This document shows positions 48,748 through 61,437 of a DNA stretch of 64,000 nucleotides, piece by piece. The DNA comes from Escherichia coli (GTDB taxonomy: Bacteria; Pseudomonadota; Gammaproteobacteria; Enterobacterales; Enterobacteriaceae). Each line of letters begins with the position of its first letter. Position 1 is the first letter of the stretch. The stretch lies in assembly GCF_003334405.1 (NCBI RefSeq), contig NZ_QOWM01000002.1. One strand, written 5' to 3'. Below the pieces are notes generated by a model, which was not told the origin of the DNA, made no database searches, and was given only the letters and a program-made list of their open reading frames with translations. Position numbers and translations under genes: made by a program.

Positions 48748-50166
48748 TCACACTTCCTCTATAAATTCAGGTTCAGTTTGCGGGTAGAAATAACGGTACT
48801 GATAATGAATCTGTGCGCGGGCTTCTTCCGGGCTGTTAAATTCCCCTACGCCATACCAACCGAACAGCGCAGCTCCTGCGACGGTCGTTTCGGCGTCGTC
48901 GAGAACTTTTACCGGAATATCAAGCATATTGGCTTTAATCTGATTCCACAATGTGTTGCGACTTCCTCCACCGACTAACAATAATTCAGAGGCCTTAAAG
49001 TGCCCGATTTTTTCCAGCATCTGTAGATTGCGCTGTAATTGCGCAGTTAACCCTTCCAGCGCCGCGCGATAGAAATGCCCCCGCGTGGTATTAAGCGTCA
49101 CTCCTTGCCAGCCAGCGTTCTGACACGACAATAAATCACACTGCATTTTTACGCCATCCGCGCCAGGCGCGATCAGACGAGCTTCTTCAATCAACATTTG
49201 CCAGGGTGTTTCAGCCGTCCAGAACAGTTTTCTCACCCATTCCAGCACGCCGGATGCCAGCCATTGCATACCTGGGTTATACAACCCTGCCTGGCTATCC
49301 AGTTCGCAGGTGGAACCGGCGTACTGACTTAACAGCGAAGTATCAACCTGGGCGCTGCGAACCATTAAAATTTCCCATGTACCGGAAGAGAGCACGGGTT
49401 CATTTTGTTCAGCACCAGCGCCAAAAAGGGCGAACTGGGTATCGTGACCTGCGGAAATCACCGGTATGCCAACGGGTAAGCCGAGCATTGCTGCGGCGCT
49501 GTTCTGTAGCGTACCAATCTGTTCACCCGCTTCCACCAGACGAGGGAAGAGTCGGCGTGGAATACCGGTGGCTTGTAAAATTTGCGGACTGAAATCGCGT
49601 TGCTGGATATCCAGCATCTGGCTGGTTCCGGCCATCGTGATATCAGTAGTGAATTCGCCGGTTAAACGGTGGTTAATCAGCGACGAAATAAAGAGCCAGG
49701 CGTGCGCGCGTTCCAGCAGTTGTGGATGATTTTCTTTCAACCACACCAACTTATATAACGTATTGAAACTAAAGGCTCCGACGCCAGAAATAGCCTGCAA
49801 CCGCTGTGCGGAGATTAACCGTTCAATATTGTCCATAACCGCTGCTGTTCGCGGACATTTCCAGCTAATAATCGGATAGAGCAGATTGCCTTGCTTATCT
49901 ACCAGAGCGCCATCCACACCAAAGGTGGTGACGGCGATACCGCGGATGTGGCATTCAGTCAGTTCACTATTGATTTGCCGACAGCAATCAGCAAAGCGTT
50001 GCAAAATGGCGTCTAAAGACCACTGGTGCCAGGTGTTGTTTTCCATCGCGATATCGCTGGCATTAGGCGTTGAGGCGCGGGCAACAATTTTGCCCTGCCG
50101 ATTAACCGCGATGGCCCTGACATTGGTCGCGCCACAGTCGAGTACCAGGATAACTTCTTGTTTCAT
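48748..50166 (-). CDS. fucK: L-fuculokinase (FGGY kinase)
   Basis: 472 aa from the ATG giving [18 protein letters not shown]...; the track ORF is 10 codons longer. Confidence 0.92.
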
Positions 50167-50183
50167 AATCGCTCCTGCAATAT

Positions 50184-50253
50184 AGCCGGATAACATTGCT
50201 TATCCGGCTAACCACTCTTGCTTGTTCAGGCCCGGTAGCCGGAGCGACCGGGC
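50184..50253. repeat. REP-like palindromes in the fucI-fucK intergenic gap
   Basis: AGCCGGATAA-CATTGC-TTATCCGGCT and GCCCGGTAGCCGGAGCGACCGGGC. Confidence 0.5.
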
Positions 50254-50274
50254 ATCACATCAGGGAGTAATGTA

Positions 50275-52050
50275 TTAACGCTTGTACAACGGACCGTAGT
50301 TCTGGCAAGCGCGGTAATCCTGGCCTTCAATATCCATGCCGTGCGCAGCCCAGGCAGAAGGACGATACACTTTGGTCTCTTCAACGTTGTGCATACATAC
50401 CGGGATACGCAGCATGGAGGCGAGAGTGATAAAGTCTGCGCCAACGTGGCCGATGGTCAGAACCCCATGGTTAGCGCCCCAGTTCGCCATTACCGAGTAC
50501 ACATCCGTAAACGGCCCTTTACCGGTGAGGCGCGGTGCAAACCAGGTGGTTGGCCAGGTTGAGTTGGTGCGTTTGTTGAGGATGTCATGCACATCCTTCG
50601 GCAATTCCACGCTCCAGCCTTCCGCGATTTGCAGTACCGGTCCCAGGCCTTTGATGATGTTGACACGAGTCATGGTGAACGGGACGCCGCCTTCGGTAAG
50701 GAAGCGGGAAGAGTAACCGCCGCCACGGAAGTATTCGTGGATCGCCGGGCACCATTCGGTAGCGGCGAGGCAAGCGTCAGCCTCTTGCTGAGAGATTTCC
50801 CAGTGTGGCTTCATCGTCGGGTTACCTTCGCTGTCGCGTTGTTTACAGGAACCGTCCAGCGCAGCAGAACCGGAGTTGATCAAATGGATGATGCCGTGTT
50901 CTGCCAGTCCATCCAGTTTATGCCCCGTTACACGCTCAATTGCTTCTGGTGACCAGTAGGTACGCACATCGGCAAATACCTGAGCGGTGCCGGTGAGCTG
51001 GTGACCCATTAGCATTGCCACGCCGTTAAGACTGTCGTTTTCGGTCGCCACGACAAAGGGTTCGCGCACGCCATTCCAGTCAAATGAACTGTTGAGGATC
51101 GCTTCGGCGGTGTCACCATTGGGATATTGATCGGTCCAGTGACGTTGCCCCTGGAAGCCCGCAGCGATGGCGTTGTAGCCAAGTGATTCTTCCACGCGAC
51201 CAATATCGGCCAGTTTGCTGTTGCCTTGCATCATGTCGCGGATACACATCGCCATCAGTAAACTTTCGCGCAGAACTGCGCGGCTTTGCTCGGCATTACG
51301 TTGATACTGTTTGTTATTTTCATCTTCGCCATAGCGGAAGTTTTTATCAGCCCAGGCCAGTGCCATTTCCAATTCGGCTTCGTCGTAAATCTTCTGATCG
51401 ATACGGCGACGCAGTTCGGTCATATCCACCGCCTGGACTTTCATTCCCAGCCAGGATTCAAAGAAGTTGTGATCAACAATGGAACCGGCGATACCCATCG
51501 AAACGCCGCCCAGCGACAGATAGCTTTTACCTTTCATGCTGGCGACGGCCAAACCGGCGCGGGCAAAGCGCAGCAGTTTTTCTTCAACATCGGCAGGAAT
51601 CGATGTGTCATCGGCATCCTGAACGTCATGACCGTAAATGGAGAATGCTGGGATGCCTTTCTGGCTGTGAGCTGCCAGAGCCGCTGCCAGGTAAACAGCG
51701 CCGGGGCGTTCAGTGCCGTTAAAGCCCCAAATGGCCTTCGGGCGGGTTGGATCCATGTCGATGGTTTCACTGCCATAGCACCAGCAAGGCGTTACCGTAA
51801 TGGTGAGGCCTACATTCTGACTGCTGAATTTTTCTTCGCAAGCAGCGGCTTCAGCCATACCCGCGATACAGGTATCGGAAATGACACACTCGACGGCAGC
51901 TCCGCAGGCATGGCGCAGTTTCTCGGTCAGCAGTGCGGCCGTAGCTTTCGCCATATTCATTGTTTGTTCTTCAAGCGACTCACGAACACCCATGCGACGA
52001 CCGTCAATAACCGGGCGGATACCAATTTTCGGTAAGCTGATTTTTTTCAT
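50275..52050 (-). CDS. fucI: L-fucose isomerase
   Basis: 591 aa; full-length FucI. Confidence 0.95.
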   Translation of the reverse strand: MKKISLPKIGIRPVIDGRRMGVRESLEEQTMNMAKATAALLTEKLRHACGAAVECVISDTCIAGMAEAAACEEKFSSQNVGLTITVTPCWCYGSETIDMDPTRPKAIWGFNGTERPGAVYLAAALAAHSQKGIPAFSIYGHDVQDADDTSIPADVEEKLLRFARAGLAVASMKGKSYLSLGGVSMGIAGSIVDHNFFESWLGMKVQAVDMTELRRRIDQKIYDEAELEMALAWADKNFRYGEDENNKQYQRNAEQSRAVLRESLLMAMCIRDMMQGNSKLADIGRVEESLGYNAIAAGFQGQRHWTDQYPNGDTAEAILNSSFDWNGVREPFVVATENDSLNGVAMLMGHQLTGTAQVFADVRTYWSPEAIERVTGHKLDGLAEHGIIHLINSGSAALDGSCKQRDSEGNPTMKPHWEISQQEADACLAATEWCPAIHEYFRGGGYSSRFLTEGGVPFTMTRVNIIKGLGPVLQIAEGWSVELPKDVHDILNKRTNSTWPTTWFAPRLTGKGPFTDVYSVMANWGANHGVLTIGHVGADFITLASMLRIPVCMHNVEETKVYRPSAWAAHGMDIEGQDYRACQNYGPLYKR

Positions 52051-52082
52051 TACAGATTCCTCACTTTATTCGGAAAATATGT

Positions 52083-53399
52083 TCAGTTAGTTGCCGTTTG
52101 AGAACGGAAACGGGCAAAGATAAAGATGACCGCGAAGCAGAGTGCGGGGATCAGTTCAGCAGTGGGGATGTTGCCCGCCGCGTCACTGACAAAACCCATG
52201 ACCGGAGTGACAATACCGCCGCCAATAATGGTCATAACGATGAAGGACGAACCATATTTGGTGTCCTGGCCGAGATTCTTAATGCCCAGCGAGAAGATTG
52301 TTGGGTACTGAATCGACATAAAGGCGCTGCATAAAGTCAGGGCTATTAAGCCCACATGACCGCCAGCGAAGGCTGAGATCAGGCACAGTGCCATAGCGAT
52401 TAATGCGTAGGCGGCCAGGACTTTGTGTGGTGCGAAGCGACTGATGAGCCAGGTACCGGTGAAACGACCAATAAAGAAGCACACCATGGTTCCGGTTAAA
52501 TAGTTAGCGGCAAAGCCTGCAGTCATACCTGGAATTTCTTCTACAGCGTAGCGAATCAAATAGCTCCAGCAGGCCGTTTGTGCGCCGACATAGCAGAATT
52601 GCGCTAATACCGCCCAGCGCCAGTGGCGAATACGCGCCAGGCGAGAAAGCGATGCGGAGAACGATCCTTGTTTGGCGTCACTGTGATTATCACTCTGCAA
52701 TGCCGGGAATTTCGTCAGCATGATCAGCAGGGCGACCAGTAACACGATAGCCACGATGATCATATAAGGTGTCTGTACCGATAATACCAGGCTGTGTTTA
52801 TACGCACTCAATTGCTCTGGAGACATTTTATCGAGAACGTCTTGCGATTGATGTGGCACGTTAGACAAAATAAGACTTTGCCCAAAGACAACCGCGATAA
52901 TTGCGCCAAACGAGTTAAATGTTTGCGCAAGATTTAAGCGGAAGTGACCACTACTTTCCGGCCCTAATACCGTAACAAAAGGGTTTGCGGCAGTTTCCAG
53001 ACAACCTAATCCGGCTGCAATAATAAATAGGCCAACTAAAAATAAGGTGTAGTTCATTATTTCTGCGGCGGGCCAGAATAATGCAGCACCCAAGGCATAT
53101 AAAAATAACCCGGTAATAATCCCTGCTTTATAACTGAGTTTTTTCATCAATATCCCAGCAGGGATTGGGATAATGAAATAACCAAAGTAAAAGGCCGATT
53201 GGATCAGGCCAGCCTGGAAATTTGTCAGCGTAAAAGCCTGCTGGAATTGAGGTAATAAAATGTCGTTAAGGTTATTGGCTACCGCCCAAAGAAAAAACAG
53301 TGAGCACAGCAGCGCGAATGGAATAATGTAACTTCTGCTTTGCCCTGCATCTTTATCTACCGCACGGTAACTCTGCGTTTGTATTGATGTGTTTCCCAT
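52083..53399 (-). CDS. fucP: L-fucose:H+ symporter (MFS)
   Basis: 438 aa; 12-TM MFS. Confidence 0.95.
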   Translation of the reverse strand: MGNTSIQTQSYRAVDKDAGQSRSYIIPFALLCSLFFLWAVANNLNDILLPQFQQAFTLTNFQAGLIQSAFYFGYFIIPIPAGILMKKLSYKAGIITGLFLYALGAALFWPAAEIMNYTLFLVGLFIIAAGLGCLETAANPFVTVLGPESSGHFRLNLAQTFNSFGAIIAVVFGQSLILSNVPHQSQDVLDKMSPEQLSAYKHSLVLSVQTPYMIIVAIVLLVALLIMLTKFPALQSDNHSDAKQGSFSASLSRLARIRHWRWAVLAQFCYVGAQTACWSYLIRYAVEEIPGMTAGFAANYLTGTMVCFFIGRFTGTWLISRFAPHKVLAAYALIAMALCLISAFAGGHVGLIALTLCSAFMSIQYPTIFSLGIKNLGQDTKYGSSFIVMTIIGGGIVTPVMGFVSDAAGNIPTAELIPALCFAVIFIFARFRSQTATN

Positions 53400-53578
53400 A
53401 GCATCCTCTTAGGTTCAGAAGCTTAAGCACGTAATCGGTTATGTTTTCAAAAGTGCAAAACCAGCGAGTTCGGGCTTCATATCAGTGAATATTTGCCTGT
53501 CTGAAATGAACTCATGGATTCATTTTCAAATAAAAAACGCTCTGTAATATGACGGCGGTCACACTTATTAGCTAGAAG

Positions 53579-53594
53579 GTGACTTTATGTGACT
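53579..53594. promoter_or_regulatory. CRP-binding-site candidate in the fucP/fucA divergent control region
   Basis: TGTGA-CTACCA-TCACT matches the CRP consensus TGTGA-N6-TCACA at 9 of 10 positions. Confidence 0.5.
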
Positions 53595-53661
53595 ACCATC
53601 ACTTTAATAATCGAAATTTCATGCCCGTTTCAGAAAATAAATCATAAAAAACACAAATCAG

Positions 53662-53756
53662 ATGACCGTATTAATTGTTTGTGCCGAAAACGGTCATTCC
53701 GGGCTTGGAGGAATAGAAAAATGACCGTTTTGATAAATATTTTTAAGAGCGGTCAT
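53662..53756. promoter_or_regulatory. Two dyad operators, ATGACCGT-N20-(A/G)CGGTCAT; likely FucR sites
   Basis: ATGACCGT at 53662-53669 and 53721-53728, each paired with (A/G)CGGTCAT 20 nt downstream (53690-53697; 53749-53756); the two dyads are 59 bp apart. Confidence 0.5.
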
Positions 53757-53945
53757 TTTTAATGGGGTTATAAAAAGAGAACTTGCAGTTATTTACTGTG
53801 ATTAGTTGAACCAGGTCACAAAATATAAGCTTGTGAATTTCTTTCTTGTTAATCAGGAAGAAGATGGTGGGTAATTAAACGGCTAATTCAATAGTGTGAA
53901 AGGAACAACATTATTGCCCTGTTTTGAATCAGAGAGAGGTAGCTA

Positions 53946-54593
53946 ATGGAACGAAATAAACTTGCTCGTCAGATTATTGACACTTGCCTGGAAATGACCC
54001 GCCTGGGACTGAACCAGGGGACAGCGGGGAACGTCAGTGTACGTTATCAGGATGGGATGCTGATTACGCCTACAGGCATTCCATATGAAAAACTGACGGA
54101 GTCGCATATTGTCTTTATTGATGGCAACGGTAAACATGAGGAAGGAAAGCTCCCCTCAAGCGAATGGCGTTTCCATATGGCAGCCTATCAAAGCAGACCG
54201 GATGCCAACGCGGTTGTTCACAATCATGCCGTTCATTGCACGGCAGTTTCCATTCTTAACCGATCGATCCCCGCTATTCACTACATGATTGCGGCGGCTG
54301 GCGGTAATTCTATTCCTTGCGCGCCTTATGCGACCTTTGGAACACGCGAACTTTCTGAACATGTTGCGCTGGCTCTCAAAAATCGTAAGGCAACTTTGTT
54401 ACAACATCATGGGCTTATCGCTTGTGAGGTGAATCTGGAAAAAGCGTTATGGCTGGCGCATGAAGTTGAAGTGCTGGCGCAACTTTACCTGACGACCCTG
54501 GCGATTACGGACCCGGTGCCAGTGCTGAGCGATGAAGAGATTGCCGTAGTGCTGGAGAAATTCAAAACCTATGGGTTACGAATTGAAGAGTAA
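53946..54593 (+). CDS. fucA: L-fuculose-phosphate aldolase (class II)
   Basis: 215 aa; class II aldolase/adducin family. Confidence 0.95.
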   Translation: MERNKLARQIIDTCLEMTRLGLNQGTAGNVSVRYQDGMLITPTGIPYEKLTESHIVFIDGNGKHEEGKLPSSEWRFHMAAYQSRPDANAVVHNHAVHCTAVSILNRSIPAIHYMIAAAGGNSIPCAPYATFGTRELSEHVALALKNRKATLLQHHGLIACEVNLEKALWLAHEVEVLAQLYLTTLAITDPVPVLSDEEIAVVLEKFKTYGLRIEE

Positions 54594-54620
54594 TTTCGTA
54601 AAGCAACAAGGAGAAGGATG

Positions 54621-55769
54621 ATGGCTAACAGAATGATTCTGAACGAAACGGCATGGTTTGGTCGGGGTGCTGTTGGGGCTTTAACCGATGAGGTGAAACG
54701 CCGTGGTTATCAGAAGGCGCTGATCGTCACCGATAAAACGCTGGTGCAATGCGGCGTGGTGGCGAAAGTGACCGATAAGATGGATGCTGCAGGGCTGGCA
54801 TGGGCGATTTACGACGGCGTAGTGCCCAACCCAACAATTACTGTCGTCAAAGAAGGGCTCGGTGTATTCCAGAATAGCGGCGCGGATTACCTGATCGCTA
54901 TTGGTGGTGGTTCTCCACAGGATACTTGTAAAGCGATTGGCATTATCAGCAACAACCCGGAGTTTGCCGATGTGCGTAGCCTGGAAGGGCTTTCCCCGAC
55001 CAATAAACCCAGTGTACCGATTCTGGCAATTCCTACCACAGCAGGTACTGCGGCAGAAGTGACCATTAACTACGTGATCACTGACGAAGAGAAACGGCGC
55101 AAGTTTGTTTGCGTTGATCCGCATGATATCCCGCAGGTGGCGTTTATTGACGCTGACATGATGGATGGTATGCCTCCAGCGCTGAAAGCTGCGACGGGTG
55201 TCGATGCGCTCACTCATGCTATTGAGGGGTATATTACCCGTGGCGCGTGGGCGCTAACCGATGCATTGCACATTAAAGCGATTGAAATCATTGCTGGGGC
55301 GCTGCGAGGATCGGTTGCTGGTGATAAGGATGCCGGAGAAGAAATGGCGCTCGGGCAGTATGTTGCGGGTATGGGCTTCTCGAATGTTGGGTTAGGGTTG
55401 GTGCATGGTATGGCGCATCCACTGGGCGCGTTTTATAACACTCCACACGGTGTTGCGAACGCCATCCTGTTACCGCATGTCATGCGTTATAACGCTGACT
55501 TTACCGGTGAGAAGTACCGCGATATCGCGCGCGTTATGGGCGTGAAAGTGGAAGGTATGAGCCTGGAAGAGGCGCGTAATGCCGCTGTTGAAGCGGTGTT
55601 TGCTCTCAACCGTGATGTCGGTATTCCGCCACATTTGCGTGATGTTGGTGTACGCAAGGAAGACATTCCGGCACTGGCGCAGGCGGCACTGGATGATGTT
55701 TGTACCGGTGGCAACCCGCGTGAAGCAACGCTTGAGGATATTGTAGAGCTTTACCATACCGCCTGGTAA
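54621..55769 (+). CDS. fucO: L-1,2-propanediol oxidoreductase (lactaldehyde reductase, Fe-ADH)
   Basis: 382 aa from the second ATG (MANRMILNE...); iron-containing alcohol dehydrogenase signature. Confidence 0.94.
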   Translation: MANRMILNETAWFGRGAVGALTDEVKRRGYQKALIVTDKTLVQCGVVAKVTDKMDAAGLAWAIYDGVVPNPTITVVKEGLGVFQNSGADYLIAIGGGSPQDTCKAIGIISNNPEFADVRSLEGLSPTNKPSVPILAIPTTAGTAAEVTINYVITDEEKRRKFVCVDPHDIPQVAFIDADMMDGMPPALKAATGVDALTHAIEGYITRGAWALTDALHIKAIEIIAGALRGSVAGDKDAGEEMALGQYVAGMGFSNVGLGLVHGMAHPLGAFYNTPHGVANAILLPHVMRYNADFTGEKYRDIARVMGVKVEGMSLEEARNAAVEAVFALNRDVGIPPHLRDVGVRKEDIPALAQAALDDVCTGGNPREATLEDIVELYHTAW

Positions 55770-55787
55770 ATGCGCTGATGTGATAAT

Positions 55788-55817
55788 GCCGGATACGACG
55801 TTTGCGGCGTATCCGGC
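55788..55817. repeat. REP element between convergent fucO and xni
   Basis: GCCGGATACGACGTTTGCGGCGTATCCGGC palindrome. Confidence 0.65.
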
Positions 55818-55823
55818 TCGCCG

Positions 55824-56690
<867 letters not shown>

Positions 56691-58058
56691 TTAATCGCAG
56701 GCAACGATCTTCATTGCCAGGCCGCCGCGAGAGGTTTCGCGGTACTTGGCGTTCATATCTTTACCTGTTTCGTACATGGTTTCGATAACTTTATCGAGGC
56801 AGACGCGCGGCTCGCTGGTACGGCGCAGCGCCATACGTGCGGCGTTCACCGCTTTTACTGCCGCAATGGCGTTACGCTCGATGCATGGCACCTGTACCTG
56901 TCCGGCGACCGGGTCACACGTCAGACCGAGGTTGTGCTCCATGGCGATTTCCGCCGCGATGCACACCTGCGCCGGGCTTGCGCCTAATAGTTCTGCCAGA
57001 CCAGCCGCCGCCATTGAGCACGCCACGCCAACTTCACCCTGGCAACCCACTTCAGCACCAGAAATCGACGCGTTCATCTTATAAAGAGAACCAATGGCGC
57101 TGGCTACCAGCAGGTAACGAGCCAGTGAGTTAGCGTTCACTTCGCGGATAAACTTGTCGTAGTACGCCAGAACTGCCGGGATAATCCCGCACGCACCGTT
57201 AGTCGGCGCAGTCACCACGCGACCGCCAGCAGCGTTCTCTTCGTTCACTGCCAGTGCAAACATGTTGATCCAGTCAACAACCGCCATCGGGTCAGTGGTG
57301 GTTTTATCCTGGCTGACCAGCATCCGGCGTAGTGCCGCAGCACGGCGTGGAACGCGCAGTTTGCCAGGCAACACGCCTTCGGTGGAAATACCGCGCTCAA
57401 TACCGCCGCGCATGACTTCCCAGACGTTCGCCAGGTGCTGTTCCAGCTCTTCTTTGCTGTGCAGCGCCAGCTCGTTTTTCATCATCAGGCCAGAGAGTGA
57501 CAGCCCGGTTTCCTGACAATGTTTTTGCAGATCGGCTGCTGAACTGTACGGATAAGGAACTTCAACCGGTGCGCTATCCTGCTGGCCAAAATGCTCTTCA
57601 TCAACGATAAAGCCACCGCCAATAGAGTAGTAAGTCTGGCTGTAAACGACTTTATCGCCCGCCAGCGCGGTAATGCGCATACCGTTTTCATGCAGAGAAA
57701 GGTTGTCGGCGTGGAAGTTCATGCACTGATCAACCGGGAACTCCACTTCATGCTGACCGTTTGCCAGCATCAGGCGACCATGAGTATTCACATCCTGAAT
57801 AAAACTGGGGATGGAATCGATATCCACGGTATCCGGCAGGTTACCCGCCAGGCCCATAATAATGGCGATATCAGTGTGGTGGCCTTTACCGGTCAGAGAG
57901 AGCGAGCCGTACACGTCAACCACCACGCGGGTCACGTCTTTAAGCAGGTTACGGGCAATCAGATCGTCGGTAAATTGTTTACCCGCTTTCATTGGTCCAA
58001 CGGTATGAGAACTGGAAGGGCCAATGCCGATTTTGAAAATATCGAATACGCTAATCAT
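56691..58058 (-). CDS. sdaB: L-serine dehydratase 2 (Fe-S)
   Basis: 455 aa; full-length SdaB. Confidence 0.95.
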   Translation of the reverse strand: MISVFDIFKIGIGPSSSHTVGPMKAGKQFTDDLIARNLLKDVTRVVVDVYGSLSLTGKGHHTDIAIIMGLAGNLPDTVDIDSIPSFIQDVNTHGRLMLANGQHEVEFPVDQCMNFHADNLSLHENGMRITALAGDKVVYSQTYYSIGGGFIVDEEHFGQQDSAPVEVPYPYSSAADLQKHCQETGLSLSGLMMKNELALHSKEELEQHLANVWEVMRGGIERGISTEGVLPGKLRVPRRAAALRRMLVSQDKTTTDPMAVVDWINMFALAVNEENAAGGRVVTAPTNGACGIIPAVLAYYDKFIREVNANSLARYLLVASAIGSLYKMNASISGAEVGCQGEVGVACSMAAAGLAELLGASPAQVCIAAEIAMEHNLGLTCDPVAGQVQVPCIERNAIAAVKAVNAARMALRRTSEPRVCLDKVIETMYETGKDMNAKYRETSRGGLAMKIVACD

Positions 58059-58115
58059 AGGAAATACATCGCGTTAAAACGGAGGAAGCGCCGCCCGAAA
58101 GCGGCGCGAAAGGAC

Positions 58116-59405
58116 TTAGCTGAACAGAGAGTAGAAGATTGCGGAGATTGCAATCAGACCCATCACGACAACGAATACGTTGCTGATGTGACCGCTGTAC
58201 TTACGCATTGCCGGTACTTTCTGAATTGCGTACATCGGCATCAGGAACAGGATCATCGCGATGATTGGACCGCCCAGGGTTTCAATCATACCCAGGATGC
58301 TCGGGTTCAGGGTGGCAACAATCCAGGTCGTTACCAGCATGAACAGCGCAGTGATACGGTTCAGCTTGTTGATTTCGATAGACTTACCTTTACCACGCAG
58401 AGATTTAATCACCATACCGTTGAAGCCTTCACGTGCGCCCAGGTAGTGACCGAGGAAGGATTTGGTGATAGCGATAATCGCGATAATCGGAGCCATCCAC
58501 GCGATAACCGGTGCGTTAAAGTGGTTAGCCAGGTAAGACAGAATCGAGATGTTCTGCTCTTTAGCCGCAGCCAGGTCTGCCGGAGTCAGGCTCAGTACAC
58601 AGCTGAAGACGAAGAACATTACGGTCAGCACCATCATGATGTGTGCGAATGCCAGGATCTTCGAGCATTTCTGTTCTGCCATATCGCCGTACTCTTCACG
58701 CTTCGCAACGGCGAAAGAAGAGATGATCGGAGAGTGGTTGAACGAGAACACCATTACCGGAATTGCCAGCCACAGGGTCATCCACAGACCGTTTCCGGTT
58801 GCAGATGCAGTGTCCAGAGACAGCGTTTCCAGTGCAGCGCCGTTCCACTGCGGGATCAGGTACAGAGCCAGCAGCATCAGTACGCCAACAAACGGGAATA
58901 CCAGAATACTCATCGCTTTAACGATCATCTGCTCACCGAAGCGAACGATGGTCATCATACCCACGATCAGGATCAGCGACAGAATCGCACGCGGCGGTGG
59001 CGTCATACCCAGCTGGTGAGACATGAAGCTTTCAACGGTATTGGTGATTGCCACGCTATAAACCAGCAGGATCGGGTAGATAGCGAAGAAGTAGAGCAGG
59101 GTAATCAGTTTACCTGCGCCAATACCAAAGTGTTCTTCTACAACCTCGGTGATGTCTTCGCCCGGGTTTTTACCAGACAGTACGAAGCGAGTCAGGCCGC
59201 GGTGAGCAAAAAACGTCATCGGGAACGCAAGGATAGCCATGATGATCAGCGGGATCATACCGCCAACACCGGCGTTGATTGGCAGGAACAGCACGCCCGC
59301 GCCGATTGCCGTGCCGTAAAGGCCCAGCATCCACATGGTGTCTGTCTTGCGCCAGGCACTACGAGAGTCTTTCGACGCAATCGTGCTGGTTTGAGTCGTT
59401 TCCAT
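58116..59405 (-). CDS. sdaC: Serine:H+ symporter (HAAAP family)
   Basis: 429 aa; polytopic; upstream of sdaB in the same orientation. Confidence 0.95.
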   Translation of the reverse strand: METTQTSTIASKDSRSAWRKTDTMWMLGLYGTAIGAGVLFLPINAGVGGMIPLIIMAILAFPMTFFAHRGLTRFVLSGKNPGEDITEVVEEHFGIGAGKLITLLYFFAIYPILLVYSVAITNTVESFMSHQLGMTPPPRAILSLILIVGMMTIVRFGEQMIVKAMSILVFPFVGVLMLLALYLIPQWNGAALETLSLDTASATGNGLWMTLWLAIPVMVFSFNHSPIISSFAVAKREEYGDMAEQKCSKILAFAHIMMVLTVMFFVFSCVLSLTPADLAAAKEQNISILSYLANHFNAPVIAWMAPIIAIIAITKSFLGHYLGAREGFNGMVIKSLRGKGKSIEINKLNRITALFMLVTTWIVATLNPSILGMIETLGGPIIAMILFLMPMYAIQKVPAMRKYSGHISNVFVVVMGLIAISAIFYSLFS

Positions 59406-59961
59406 CTATTTCTCCTGGAGGAATGCAAATAATTCAGCTTTTAGCCAGTTCAGCCCGGGAAGGTGCCTGACCGTAAAAATGAAATCTGTCTATCGGCGAT
59501 GGCTTAATCATTTACCGCCGTAATAATTTGAGGGCGGAAAGATACACACAAGTTATGTATCTATCAGTGATCTTGATCTCAAATACAATAATCTACTTGG
59601 AAGATAGATTATCCCAACGCTTTACTCTGTAAATCAAAAGTAAAAGAGAATTTAAGGGCAATATTTGCCCATTAAACGACATCTGACTTCTTCCGGGGCG
59701 CGCAATATATGTAGGTTGAACTGAAAAAATCAATACTTTTAGTTAATCATGGCGATAATTTCTTTTTCATAGCGATAAAATACGGTTTATGAAAATAGGG
59801 AAACGTTTGCGTTGCAACATAAATTGTATGACATATTAACTGTGATGATATTTGTCGCGTGAGGGTGGTAAGAAACATTCATATAACAAATGAAATGAGT
59901 TGATGAGTAAGTGACCAAAAACGAGAAAACCCGGCAACAAACGTCACCGGGGGAGCGGAGA

Positions 59962-61326
59962 TTACGTGCAGATTTCGTAGCAAGGGATGTAGGCTGAGCC
60001 TGGCAACTTCATACGATGCTGGGCAACAAAACCCTGTAGCAGGTCGTCCATACGACGCATAATCTCTTTATCGCCGTTGATTTTGTAAGGACCAAACTCT
60101 TCAATGGCGCGAATACCGACTTCTTTTACGTTACCCGCCACAATACCGGAGAACGCACGGCGCAGGTCGGCAGCCAGCACTTCAACAGGTTGATCCGGGT
60201 AAAGCTTCAGATTAGCCATATTCTCGTGAGACGGCTCAAACGGCATTTGCAAATCTGGCGCAATGCGCATTGACCAGTTAAAGCTGTAGGCATCGCCTGT
60301 ATCACGGCGATTTTCTTTCACCAGCGGCATCGATTTTTTCATCTGACGAGCGACTTCAGCTGCGTCATCAATGATGATGCGGTAATGGCGGCGCGCGTTT
60401 TCACCCAGCGTATGCACGACAAACTCGTCCAGTACGCGGAAGTAGTCGGCGCTCTCTTTCGGGCCGGTGAGGATCAATGGTAAAACCTGATCTTTGTTGG
60501 CCGGGTTCATTAAAATTCCCAGCAAATAGAGCAACTCTTCTGCCGTACCCACACCGCCAGGGAAGATAATGATACCGTGAGCGATACGGACAAACGCTTC
60601 CAGACGTTTTTCGATATCTGGCATGATGATCAATTCGTTGACCAGCGGGTTAGGCGGTTCAGCGGCGATAATCGACGGCTCTGTCATACCAATAAAACGA
60701 CTGTCTTTGTAACGCTGCTGCGCGTGTCCGACCGCAGCACCTTTCATCGGCGCTTCCATCGCTCCCGGACCACAGCCGGTGCAGATATTCAGCTCACGCA
60801 GGCCCAGCTGGTTTCCGACGCGACGGGCATACAAATACTCGTTTTCGTTAATTGAGTGACCGCCCCAGCAGACCACCATATTTGGCGCTTCACCCACATG
60901 CAGCGCGCGAGCGTTACGCAAGATGGAAAAGACCAGGTTAGTGATGTGGACGGAGTTGTCGAGATTCAGGTTGGGAAAACGAACGGTGTTATGGATTTGC
61001 CCGTAAACGAAGAGAATGTCACGCAGGACCGCGAACAAGTTGGCCTGCAAAGCGCGAATAATTCGCCCATCGACAAAAGCCTCTTCCGGGGGATTAATCA
61101 GTTCCAGCTTTACGCCGCGTTCACGGCGCAAGACGTTAATATCGAAATTTTCAAAACGAGACAGCAATTCTTTGCTGTTATCGGTCAAACTACCGGAGTT
61201 CAGTACGGCAAGTGAACAGTTGCGAAACAGTTGATAGAGGTCGCTGCTGGCGGTGCGTTTAAGCATATCCACTTCCAGCTGCGACAACATATCCATGGAG
61301 CCAAGCGGGCTAATATGTGTAATCAA
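59962..61326 (-). CDS. ppnN: Pyrimidine/purine nucleotide 5'-monophosphate nucleosidase (LOG family)
   Basis: 454 aa; full-length match to PpnN (YgdH). Confidence 0.93.
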
Positions 61327-61437
61327 GAAAAACTCCTTATGGGACGAATATCGTCATTCCCTTTGATTACAATAGCCCTGCCTGATGACCTTTCACAACC
61401 TTCTGCGTGAATCCAGCACGCAAAATTGAGAAAAAAT

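Noticed and set aside
51286-52035. 249-aa antisense ORF inside fucI (similar cases inside mltA 40663-41232, fucO 54681-55217, recC 28217-28729, argA 38121-38645)
   Set aside because: All are embedded antisense to confidently assigned genes and lack RBS or domain signatures.
57591-59432. 613-aa ORF on the plus strand spanning sdaB, the sdaB-sdaC spacer and sdaC
   Set aside because: It is entirely antisense to two well-conserved genes. The translation is low-complexity (rich in H/R/Q/D/N) with no recognisable domain, RBS or hydrophobic core. Long stop-free antisense frames are expected opposite genes with strong codon bias.
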